DNA from: Patescibacteria group bacterium
GTDB lineage: Bacteria; Patescibacteriota; Patescibacteriia; Patescibacteriales; UBA12465
Assembly: GCA_041649315.1 (NCBI GenBank)
Contig: JBAZNJ010000001.1
Location: forward strand, 197,869-261,868
Direction of reading: 5' to 3'
DNA: 64,000 nt
Shown one piece after another: positions 26,292 through 35,800 of this stretch (its first letter is position 1; the number at the start of each line of letters is the position of its first letter). The notes beneath the pieces were generated by a model, which saw only the letters and a program-made list of their open reading frames with translations, was not told the origin of the DNA and searched no databases. The translations under genes were made by a program, and so were the position numbers.

Positions 26292-27344
26292 CTATTCAAT
26301 CATTAAAGAATTAATCATCATTTCCAAGATATTAGCATAGGTCATCCGGCCGGACGCGCTGGAAATATATGAAATTATAAAAATATTCTTTTGATTTTTG
26401 TCAGTCAAATAAAAATTAAAACCGTCCGGACCGGCAATGCCTTCCCAGGTTTCCCCGCTTTTCAAGCGGTCATAAGAAACGGTCTCGCCGGAAAAATAAC
26501 TTTCATACCAATTTAAGATATTCGCACCAGTCGGGTTATCCTGGACTGAAATCTGGATTAAAGAATCATCAGGCGCGGTAAAAATCGTTAACCCGTCGCC
26601 GGCATCAAGCACCGGCCAATTCTTCGGATATAACAATTGATAAGCCGGATTACTGCCAATATAAATCTCTAAAGCCGAATTGTTTTCCAGGCGCCCCTCG
26701 CCGGCCGGATTATAATTATTTTTAATTTCCGCTAAATCATCATAACCATCATTATCACTATCACTCAAATCAAGAGCGGTGCCAAAAACCGCTTCTTCAT
26801 CGTCGTTTAAGCCGTCATTATCGCTGTCTAAAAGCGGGGGCAAATCCATAGCGGTCTTTAAAGGCGTTTCCTCGTTCATTATTATTTCTTCTTCCGCTCC
26901 GGCCTCATTTTCAACATCCGGTTCCATAATAACCGGCTCGGCTGTATCGACTTCGGCAATCTCCGGAACTAAATTAACTTCCGGCTCCGGTGCTTCAAGC
27001 GGCTCCTCGACCGCTTTTTCTTCAATTGCCGCGGAAGGAACTTCCTGTGTAGCCGGACGAGCGGCAGGAGAAATTATAAAACGATAAACAAGAAAAATTA
27101 AAAAGCCGATAACGATCAGGCCACCGACAATAATAATCAAACCGACCGCTTTAAAATTATGCTTAGCGGAAACACTGGATTGGCTAACATTGCTTACCCC
27201 GGAACCGCCGCCGGATTTTAAAGCATCGGGATTTAAAAAACGACCGCTCAAACGCTCTGCGGCGGGCATATTACGGATTAAAAAATCTTCTTTTACTTCC
27301 GCTTCATTAGCTTGATTATTCTCTTTATTATTTTCTTCGGACAT
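26292..27344 (-). CDS. single-pass membrane protein with thrombospondin-type-3-like Ca-binding repeats (350 aa from ATG 27344)
   Basis: TM helix AVGLIIIVGGLIVIGFLIFLVY. Repeats DSDNDGLNDDEE and DSDNDGYDDLAE. The start is moved to MSEENNK because the longer ORF overlaps the upstream 75-aa ORF. Confidence 0.65.
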   Translation of the reverse strand: MSEENNKENNQANEAEVKEDFLIRNMPAAERLSGRFLNPDALKSGGGSGVSNVSQSSVSAKHNFKAVGLIIIVGGLIVIGFLIFLVYRFIISPAARPATQEVPSAAIEEKAVEEPLEAPEPEVNLVPEIAEVDTAEPVIMEPDVENEAGAEEEIIMNEETPLKTAMDLPPLLDSDNDGLNDDEEAVFGTALDLSDSDNDGYDDLAEIKNNYNPAGEGRLENNSALEIYIGSNPAYQLLYPKNWPVLDAGDGLTIFTAPDDSLIQISVQDNPTGANILNWYESYFSGETVSYDRLKSGETWEGIAGPDGFNFYLTDKNQKNIFIISYISSASGRMTYANILEMMINSLMIE

Positions 27345-27352
27345 AAAAATTT

Positions 27353-27580
27353 TTACCACAAGACCAAAAAGGCGATTAAAACCATTAAAGCGGCCATTAA
27401 TATACCTAAAATCAACCACTTTTTAAAATGGCTATCCGAGGTCCGCGGCATCGTATGCAGCTTCAAGGACAAACGCGAGGCCTTGGTTTTAGATTCCAGC
27501 TTCGCTCCAGCTAAAGAAGCTGAATCTAATAATGATTTATCGCTTGCCTTATCGTTGAACATAATTAATTTTAAAAACAA
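27353..27580 (-). CDS. small tail-anchored membrane protein (75 aa)
   Basis: ORF track. C-terminal TM WLILGILMAALMVLIAFLVLW. It tiles exactly between neighbours, 18 nt after the upstream stop and 8 nt before the downstream ATG. Confidence 0.4.
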   Translation of the reverse strand: MFLKLIMFNDKASDKSLLDSASLAGAKLESKTKASRLSLKLHTMPRTSDSHFKKWLILGILMAALMVLIAFLVLW

Positions 27581-27598
27581 AATTCTGAACCGAAAATC

Positions 27599-28441
27599 TT
27601 ATTGGACTTCCGCGGCCGTATCGGCTAATTTTCCGGCACCCAGCGGATTATAGCCATTCTTTACTTCATCGCCATCCGAATAATCATCACCATCCGTATC
27701 CGGGTTTAAAGGATCGGTCTTAAAAATCTTCACTTCTTCATAATCGCTTAAACCATCATTATCAGTATCAATCAGGTTAGGATTAGTACCTAATGTCTGT
27801 TCTTCATCATCGCTTAAACCGTCGCCATCGGAATCAATAAAAGAAATCGGGTTTTCTTCTACAAATTCATTATCCTGGCCTTCAACCATAGGGTAAATAA
27901 AATCTTCAGATATTGTTTCATTAGGAGTTAATACCTCAATATTATCCGCTAATTCTTCACTCTCTCCGGGAGAGACAAAAGAACCAAGATCCGCGCCAGA
28001 TTCAAGATCGGCCGTTTCCGAAACTTCCGGAATCATTTCTTCAGCCGGAGTTTCAACGATAGTTTCTGTCGGCGTCGGCGTCGGATTTAAATTAAACCCT
28101 GTTCCGCTAAAAAATTTACTATAAACTAAATATCCGCCTAAACCAACAATAGCGACAACTATCAAAATCAAGACGATCCTGAACCAAGGACCGCCGGACT
28201 TTTCATCCTGGCCGTCTTCTTCGCTAGCGGAATTAAGCCCCATCCGTCGCGTTTCAATTTCCGAATTTGACGCGGCACCAGTTAACCCAGCCGGCCCGGA
28301 AGCCGACAAACCTGGCGCGACTCTGGCTTTAGCCGAATTATTAGCCATTTCGGACGCAGATTCCTGGCTTTCGGTTTCCGCGAAAATATCATCTACCGGC
28401 GATTGGTTTTGATTATGAGGACTGTTTAAGTCATTAAACAT
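27599..28441 (-). CDS. single-pass membrane protein with thrombospondin-type-3-like repeats (280 aa), paralogous in layout to 26292-27344
   Basis: TM helix [22 protein letters not shown]. Repeats [24 protein letters not shown] and [12 protein letters not shown]. Confidence 0.7.
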   Translation of the reverse strand: MFNDLNSPHNQNQSPVDDIFAETESQESASEMANNSAKARVAPGLSASGPAGLTGAASNSEIETRRMGLNSASEEDGQDEKSGGPWFRIVLILIVVAIVGLGGYLVYSKFFSGTGFNLNPTPTPTETIVETPAEEMIPEVSETADLESGADLGSFVSPGESEELADNIEVLTPNETISEDFIYPMVEGQDNEFVEENPISFIDSDGDGLSDDEEQTLGTNPNLIDTDNDGLSDYEEVKIFKTDPLNPDTDGDDYSDGDEVKNGYNPLGAGKLADTAAEVQ

Positions 28442-28555
28442 ATTTTTTTCTTTATTTATTTTCTACAATATATTTAAATTTAATTATCTTTTTTAATTAT
28501 ACCCAATAATCACGTTTTTGGCTAATTATTCCCATCGGATTTATTATTTTTTTCC

Positions 28556-28882
28556 TTATTCTGAGACGGTCGTCTCTTCTGGGATGTTTTCCGCTGTTTC
28601 TTCGGGTTGCTCCAATTCCTCCTCGGATTCAAGCAAGGGACTATTAACTTTATAGACCATAATCGCTCCGTCCTCATCTCTCTCCATCACCTCGACCTCA
28701 ATATCACTTGGTAGCCCGAGCAAGGCCTTGTCTTCGCCATCTAAAAACCTGGCCGTCGGAATAATTTTTTTATCAATTTGATCAGATAACGATTTTCTAA
28801 AGATCAAAATTGCAAAAACAACCAGAATTATTAATAAAACCGTGGTTAAAATCAAAATGATTATTTTTTTGTTTTTTGGCAT
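28556..28882 (-). CDS. small N-terminally anchored acidic protein (108 aa)
   Basis: ORF track. TM IIILILTTVLLIILVVFAILIF followed by an acidic tail. It lies 20 nt downstream of the 1292-aa gene. Confidence 0.5.
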   Translation of the reverse strand: MPKNKKIIILILTTVLLIILVVFAILIFRKSLSDQIDKKIIPTARFLDGEDKALLGLPSDIEVEVMERDEDGAIMVYKVNSPLLESEEELEQPEETAENIPEETTVSE

Positions 28883-28902
28883 AGTGATTAACTTAAATAA
28901 CC

Positions 28903-31900
28903 TTAATATTGACTATCTCTTAACTGCTCAATACATGACCCTCCTACACATATTTTATCGCCACAACTCATCGGACATGTCTGGCCGGTACTCCAAGTAT
29001 TAGGACTACATTTCAAGGTGCAGCCAGAACAAACCATCTGGGTAAGAGGGTGGCCACCGGTACAACCAGCCGGGGAGCTAGTGAGGATTTCTCGAGTGGC
29101 TATTTGTCCTTCTGATGTACAACGGCTCCAATTCGAATAAGTAAAAGAGGTACAAGTTGAAGCGGTCGGGGTGGTTGGAGTAGTTGGGGTAGTTGGAGTA
29201 GTTGGGGTCGTCGGGGTAGTCGGAGTGGTTGGAGTAGTCGGGTTAGTAGCGACAGCCCCCGTAGGATTGAATTCTCCGGCATAAAAAGTATAGCGGCAAT
29301 AAACAGTAGTACCAGATTCATAAGCGTCTTCCGCCCAAATTTGATAAACGCCATCAAGATAAAGAGCATTTCCTCCGTTCTGATCATTTATAGGTTTGAC
29401 TGAAGTCGCTGTCGGCCAACTGGAATCATTAAAACTAATAGCATTCCAACCATTATAATAGGTTCCTGTGCATTTCCAATCCGTAACTGCACTAGTGGTC
29501 ATACTGTTACAAGGGCTTTGATTAAGTGTGGCGGCTAAACCAAACTTAGTCCCTGTATCTCTTGCTTTAATCGCTAAGACGTTCTTGCCCGGCTGGATTG
29601 TAACATCAAACTCCTGTATACATTTCCAGCATATCCCCCCCGGGCAGCTAGAACAAGTCGGGTTAGAAAGATCCTGAGGATCAGTCGTACTAACTTTCGC
29701 TCCATTAAAATAAGTTGTCTGATAATTATCAACGCTAGTTTGAATATTAGCGGAAACCGGACAGCATTGATAGCTCTCATCAGCATTATACATACAAGTT
29801 TTATCAACTCCACAATTATTACAATATCCGCCGCAACCATCCGGACCGCAAGTTCGGTCCTCACAGCGCGGACGACAAACGTCAAAATTACTTAAATCAT
29901 AATTATAAACCAAGCGACAATAATAGGCCTCATAGCCGGAAATTGTGCTTTTCCCCCAGACATAAGGAAGATAAGCCGAATTAACTTGGTAATTTGGAAT
30001 ATTTTTTTGCCCTAATGAACTAGTTCGGTTTAAAACTACGGAATCATTAAAAGTCGTGGCACTCTTATTTTCCGTAAATTTAATATCGGTCCATCTATAA
30101 CCATCCGAATCGAGCAAAGTGCTATCAGCATCAAAGGTGTCGAAAGAAGACTGGCTGTAAGTCAGGGCCTGTCCGGTAACCGGCGCGCAACGCAAATGAG
30201 AATTAGTTGAGTCAATAACATCATAAGGCGCGTTGGTCGGACCGACTAACATCCGATAGGCCAACCCTTGGTTGCTAACCGCCGAACCGATGAAGAACCC
30301 TAAAACATTCTTTCCAGTTAAAAGCGTCCGGGTGGCCTTGCCTAAAGTGCTGGCTGAGGATGTCCGATAAAGATCAGAATTATTTAGGTACGCTATTTGC
30401 TTCTGGTTAGCATAAGATTCAACTGTCCCGACGCAATTTCCGCAATCTTTAGCGCAATTTCTACAGGTCTCCCAGGTGCAATTACCGTCCGAATTCTGCA
30501 AGCATTGGCAGTAACCGTCGCCGCAATATCCTCCCAAATCTTCCGGCGAAGAAAATAACGGCGACTTATAAACGCAATAGGTGTTATTTAAAATTACTTT
30601 CGGAGTTTCCTCTCCCGCTTTAGTCGTACAGCCATATTGATTATTAATACTGCTTCCCGCCGGACTAGTTGCGACCCCGCTTAGGCCATCGCAATCTTCA
30701 TAGCCGTCATTATAAATTCCGCCTTGTGCCTCCATATTCGGCCGTTGTTTTTCGCCGTCACCGCAGAAAGAATTAACTTTTAAAGTAAAAGATTTAGAAG
30801 CTGTAGTGCCATAATCATTTGTTCCTTGGATAGTTATCTCCTGGCCAGCTGACACGACCTTAGGGGCGCCAAGAATATCCTGTTTGGCCTTATCCGGCCC
30901 AGGGGCAATCCTTAAACCATCCGGCAAACCTGAGGCCGTGTACTTAATCGTATAATTACCTTGTTTTTCTAATCCTAAAGAACAGTAATAATCCTTATTG
31001 AGCCGCGCGGTTTCCGGACAATTAAAATTTAATTCTGGCGGCGTTACTTTAAACTTAATCTTTGTATCCTTAGAAGAAGAAACATTATATTTATCAGTTA
31101 CGGAAATCCGATAATTCAATTCTGCATCACTGGTAAATTTAACTGAGGTCGGGATCAAACCATTATGATTGATTTGATAACGATTGACGCCGGCTTCGAC
31201 TCCGGTCTTCTCCATATAGCTAAATACATTAAAAGTATTTGGAGAAATCTGATTTAAAACGCCAGAGGTCTTTGTTAATGAGACCGATTCCAAAACTGGC
31301 GGCGTAAAGTTGGCGCCGGAAAAAAAGAAACTATAATTAAAAGGTATTTTTGGATCAAGGGTGTATTCAATATCCTCCGCTTCAATAAAAGGCGCGGAGC
31401 CGACGATAGTAATCGGAATTTTTATTGCTGTAGTCCCCCCTCGTCCGTCGGTTACTGTTAATTTTACATCATAGGTCCCGGCTTGGCCGGCTTGAGACGA
31501 ATAAACTTTCTTCTGATTTGGATCGCTAGTATCTATTAACCTTGGCAATTCTTTCCAACCTGTCCAATCAGTCCCGCTCGTGTCTAAAAGCCAAGTCAAA
31601 GGATTGTTTTCCGCATCTGACATTTTTATAAAACCGCTAAACTCCTGTTCAACCGCTCCGACTAAAAATTCATCGGCCAACTCCGGCGGATTATTACCGG
31701 CTTGTCCAATCGTGCTCGCTCCAGCGATAACGCAGGCCGAACCCGATTCATAAGCCGGAGAAAAAACATAATTTAACGGCGCGGCAGCGGTTTCTAAAGT
31801 CGCACAAAGATTATAATTAGAGCCGGTCCGATCCGCCGAATAGGCGAAAGCATAACTGCCAGCCGGTAAAATCAAAGACAAAGAATCTTCTTCGGGATCA

Positions 31901-32781
31901 TTCACAAATCTCTTGGATTCTTCGTTCCAACAAGTCGCGGCGCTATATCCCGGACAAGGACCTAAACGGTTAATCGGATCGAAAAAATTCTGACCAGCCG
32001 CCAATTCGGTTAAAAGGGCCTGGGACCAGCTCGGCCAAACCGAAATGCTCCGGCGGTTTAAATAAGTACCAGCGCTTAATAAAGGATATTTATTATTTAC
32101 CGAGCGAAATCGGGATAAATATTCTTTCAATTCTTCTAATTGGCCAATCCGTTTTATATCGCGAGTTATTTTCGCTTTAATGCTGTCACAGAAGAAATTA
32201 TCCGGACAATCAGTATCCGTTAAGCAATTTTTTGCTTCCTTAAGCAAGCAGGAACCAGCCGCTAAATCAGCTTCCTCGCCGGCGCAATATTGGCCCGGGC
32301 CGCAATCCGCATCGCTTGAACAGCTTAATGAAGATATTGAACAGGTATTCACCTGATCGGTCGGAAGATTAGTATTAAATTTCCAATATTTAACAATCTG
32401 GCCTAAAATATCCACGGTATTAGGCGCCGGATCTTGATTATAAGAGATTAAATAAATATTAGTATAGATTTTTGGCGGCTCCGAATTATAGTCAACATTA
32501 GCGGCTCCGACATAAACCGTCCGGCCGTCGCGGATTGCTTCATAACCGTCAACTATAAGCGCTTGCGGCGAACCAGCAAAACCCTGACTAACATACCAAC
32601 GAGCGACGCTATAATGGTTCGGGTTTGGCACGATGCGGACCGCGATCGCATCGGCGCTGTCCGCCGGATTAGCCGTACTCTGAGCGGCGGAATGCTTCAA
32701 AACAACAGCAAAAGAAACTAACAATAATCCAACAACCGCCATGGCCGCTAACTTAAATCTTATTTTTTTAATTCTATTCAT
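28903..32781 (-). CDS. giant secreted Cys-rich adhesin-like protein (1292 aa)
   Basis: Signal peptide. PKD-like segment (YDVKLTVTDGRGGTTAIKIPITI) and an Ig-like 'SGLPDGLRI' segment. One CGPDGCGG Cys repeat, two jelly-roll-like copies ending in YYCRLVY and VYCRYTF, a (TTP)n linker and a Cys-rich tail with a WSRC motif. Confidence 0.8.
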   Translation of the reverse strand: MNRIKKIRFKLAAMAVVGLLLVSFAVVLKHSAAQSTANPADSADAIAVRIVPNPNHYSVARWYVSQGFAGSPQALIVDGYEAIRDGRTVYVGAANVDYNSEPPKIYTNIYLISYNQDPAPNTVDILGQIVKYWKFNTNLPTDQVNTCSISSLSCSSDADCGPGQYCAGEEADLAAGSCLLKEAKNCLTDTDCPDNFFCDSIKAKITRDIKRIGQLEELKEYLSRFRSVNNKYPLLSAGTYLNRRSISVWPSWSQALLTELAAGQNFFDPINRLGPCPGYSAATCWNEESKRFVNDPEEDSLSLILPAGSYAFAYSADRTGSNYNLCATLETAAAPLNYVFSPAYESGSACVIAGASTIGQAGNNPPELADEFLVGAVEQEFSGFIKMSDAENNPLTWLLDTSGTDWTGWKELPRLIDTSDPNQKKVYSSQAGQAGTYDVKLTVTDGRGGTTAIKIPITIVGSAPFIEAEDIEYTLDPKIPFNYSFFFSGANFTPPVLESVSLTKTSGVLNQISPNTFNVFSYMEKTGVEAGVNRYQINHNGLIPTSVKFTSDAELNYRISVTDKYNVSSSKDTKIKFKVTPPELNFNCPETARLNKDYYCSLGLEKQGNYTIKYTASGLPDGLRIAPGPDKAKQDILGAPKVVSAGQEITIQGTNDYGTTASKSFTLKVNSFCGDGEKQRPNMEAQGGIYNDGYEDCDGLSGVATSPAGSSINNQYGCTTKAGEETPKVILNNTYCVYKSPLFSSPEDLGGYCGDGYCQCLQNSDGNCTWETCRNCAKDCGNCVGTVESYANQKQIAYLNNSDLYRTSSASTLGKATRTLLTGKNVLGFFIGSAVSNQGLAYRMLVGPTNAPYDVIDSTNSHLRCAPVTGQALTYSQSSFDTFDADSTLLDSDGYRWTDIKFTENKSATTFNDSVVLNRTSSLGQKNIPNYQVNSAYLPYVWGKSTISGYEAYYCRLVYNYDLSNFDVCRPRCEDRTCGPDGCGGYCNNCGVDKTCMYNADESYQCCPVSANIQTSVDNYQTTYFNGAKVSTTDPQDLSNPTCSSCPGGICWKCIQEFDVTIQPGKNVLAIKARDTGTKFGLAATLNQSPCNSMTTSAVTDWKCTGTYYNGWNAISFNDSSWPTATSVKPINDQNGGNALYLDGVYQIWAEDAYESGTTVYCRYTFYAGEFNPTGAVATNPTTPTTPTTPTTPTTPTTPTTPTTPTASTCTSFTYSNWSRCTSEGQIATREILTSSPAGCTGGHPLTQMVCSGCTLKCSPNTWSTGQTCPMSCGDKICVGGSCIEQLRDSQY
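29164..29250 (-). repeat. tandem 9-bp (Thr-Thr-Pro)n linker repeat inside the 1292-aa gene
   Basis: The protein reads NPTTPTTPTTPTTPTTPTTPTTPTTPT. The DNA shows ggnGTnGTn periodicity on the + strand. Confidence 0.85.
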
Positions 32782-32806
32782 ATACTAAAATGTAATAATA
32801 ATCTAT

Positions 32807-35800
32807 TTAAAAAGTATAACGGCAATATATCGTATCAGCCGTACTCTTAGCGCCCGAGGCTGTCGTTGCCCAAAGCTGATTAACAGCCGGATAAAGGCGG
32901 TTCCCGTTACCCGTTTTTCCGGTCTCAATCGCGGCGCGCCAATAACTATTTGTTGAAAAACTAGTATTCATCCAATTCATCGCCGGCGTAACTTCCGTAC
33001 ACACCCAATTATTAGGATTATTGGTTGAGATAACAGTATTGCAACCGTCAACCAAACGGGCCGCTAAACCATAAACACCGCCATCGTTTATGGCTTTTAT
33101 AGCTAAAACATTATTTCCCGTACGCAACGTAACTGGCAAAGGGCGGATATCTGTCCAGCACATATCATTACTACATCGAGAAGAAACCATTCCATTTTCA
33201 CTATATACATCAATATATTCACGGCTAGAAGACGGATAGGTAATCGCAACCTTGGTTCCATTAAGATAAACTTCGTAAAAATTATCAACGCTTATTTGTA
33301 AACAGGGGTCATCGCCATTGCAAGGTACCGCGCAAGTCCCGCCGCAGCCATTATCCGCACACGGCGCTTTTCCGACACAACTTGGAACGCAGGCCTGGCA
33401 AACCTGACTAACGCATTTTTCAAACCCCGGACAGGCCGCCATACAGGTTCCGCCGCAGCCATCGGCCGCGCCGCCGCATTTACCGGCGCAATCCGGCGTG
33501 CAAATATTTCTGCAAACTTCATTAATACATTCTTGCCCCTGCGGACAGGCCGTAGTACAAGTTCCGCCGCAGCCATCAACCGCGCCGCCGCATTTACCAG
33601 CGCAATCCGGCGTACAAATCTGCTGGCATCGCTGATTAATACAAGCCTCGCCTGAGCTAGAGCAAGCATCATCACAGTAGCCGCCGCAGCCATCAACCGC
33701 GCCCCCGCATTTACCGGCGCAATCCGGAACGCAAGCTTCACAGACCTGATTAACGCATTTCTCAAACTCTGGACAATCCGCCGTACAAGTTCCGCCGCAG
33801 CCGTCAGGTGCGCCACCGCACTTGCCGCTACAATCCTTAGAACAACAATCTAATTGCGGGCCGCAATCCGACGCGCTAAAATCTTCACAACCTTCCCGTA
33901 AAGAAAGCTCACATGACAATTCATCTGATTTTATACTTTCATTATCATATTCATCAAAAGCCGATAAAGAAAAATAATTATTACCGACAGAAAATTGATT
34001 TAAAGGGAAACTTAAACTAGTATTCGGCCCGGCGGAATCAAAAGATTCTCCATAAGCCTTAACCGAAACCCCCCGATAAAGCCGGTAAAAAGAAACTTTA
34101 TCGGCATTAGCCGGCCAAGAAAATTTTAATAATGAATCAACGACTGATAAACTGGGCGCCGCTGGGGTGGCCGGCGGTACTTTATCAGTCGGCATGACGC
34201 TTAATTCTCCGGAAAGGCCGCTTTCCGTCCGGCTTTCCGAAACAGCGCTGATTTTAAAAATATAAGGAATATTATTTTCCAAATTGTTTATTAAGGACCT
34301 ACATTCATAAGATCCATCCACTAAGGAACAAACTTCGCTTGCTTTCAGCTCTTTAAAAAACATTTCCCCGGAACCCGAGGAATAATAAATCTTATAAGAA
34401 TAAACCTGGGCGGCTTCCGAGCGCCAAGCTAAACTGACCGTGCCGCCGATCTCCCGATCGATCGCCTCGATTATTTCGCTGCCGGCAGGTAGTGCCTCGC
34501 GGAAAAAATATGATTCTTTCAAAACATTCCAAATACAAATACCATCTGGGACGCTATCGCCATTTTTGTCCGCCCCGCAAACTTCTCCAGCTGAAACACA
34601 AGGCGATTGGTCGGAACTACAAATCAAATTACTGCTTATCCCTCGAATAACCGCCTGGTCAATAATAGCCGGCAAATCGTCTAGCGTTCCGGCCGCGCCG
34701 GCATCGCGACAGTAATAAAATTTATAATTATAGTCGGCGCAACTCGCGCCTAAGCCGGCCGGACAATTATCAAACCACGGCTCCCAGGTTCCGTCCGGCG
34801 CGACTGGTGGCCAGGGATTATTGCAAAGAAAAAGATAAATATTAGAAAAATTATTAAACTTATCGCCGCCGGTATAAAAATTACAACAATTATTGGAGCA
34901 GATTTCGCCCTCGCAAACGCAATTTAGATTATCATTACAATTTCCTTCATCCAAAAAGCGCTCCATATTAACTGTAGCGGTTATCATGGTTTCACCATCG
35001 GTAATTCCTGGCTCAGCTCTTACCAAAATCCGGTCAGAAGAAACTTCTTCAAGGGAAGCAACTTCTCCATTAGCGATATCGAATTCCCAATCCCAGAAAT
35101 ACCCGGAAACCGGTCGTAAAATCTGACCGTTTGCGCTATAAGCCCGAGCCGCAAAAACTTTATCCCGATCCGCTTCTGTATCAAAAGTTTTAGCGGCCGG
35201 ATCGGAATCATTTTCATCTAAACTATTTTCCGATGTTTTAAAAAGATAGGACGAAGGACTAACCAAAACCTCATCAATCGCACAGATTCCGCTAGTCGGA
35301 TCTTGACCGGATAAAGTCGTGAATTTTATAATCTGTGAATTTTTATATGTCCGCTTATTAAAGAAAATATTTTCTCCTTCAACATAATCGTTACTGCTAT
35401 AATTACCGCCATCATAATCTTCCTTACTCACATTAAGGTAGCCGGAACCGTTAAGGCCAATTCCCTCCATACTTAAAACTCCGGATCGACTATTTAACTC
35501 AGTATCTCCCAGCACTATCAAATAATAATTAGCGGCTGGCGATAATAATCGTTTCGGAACAAAAAGCAAAGAAGTACTTTCGCCATTATTCTCGCTAGAA
35601 ACATCACCAGGAACAGCGCAATATAATTTATTCGGATCCGGCATGTCAGCTAACGCCGAATCGTTAAAACGCCCGAATAGCTTCAACCATAAAGACGCTA
35701 AACGGCTTGATAAGCGGACTAAGCGGCTTTGTTTTAATTCTAGAGAAAATGAATCGCTATCGCTATTATCCAAAGCTATTTCCGCCAATGATTCTCCGGT

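Noticed and set aside
33292-33816. A 174-aa ORF and other long alternate-frame or antisense ORFs inside the giant genes (29100-29387, 29574-29885, 33103-33288, 36780-37346, 40566-40919, 42049-42402 and others).
   Set aside because: They overlap the long frames, which have coherent domain and repeat architecture. Their Ala/Arg/Leu/Pro-rich, motif-free sequences are what off-frame reading of Cys/Gly/Thr-rich repeats produces.
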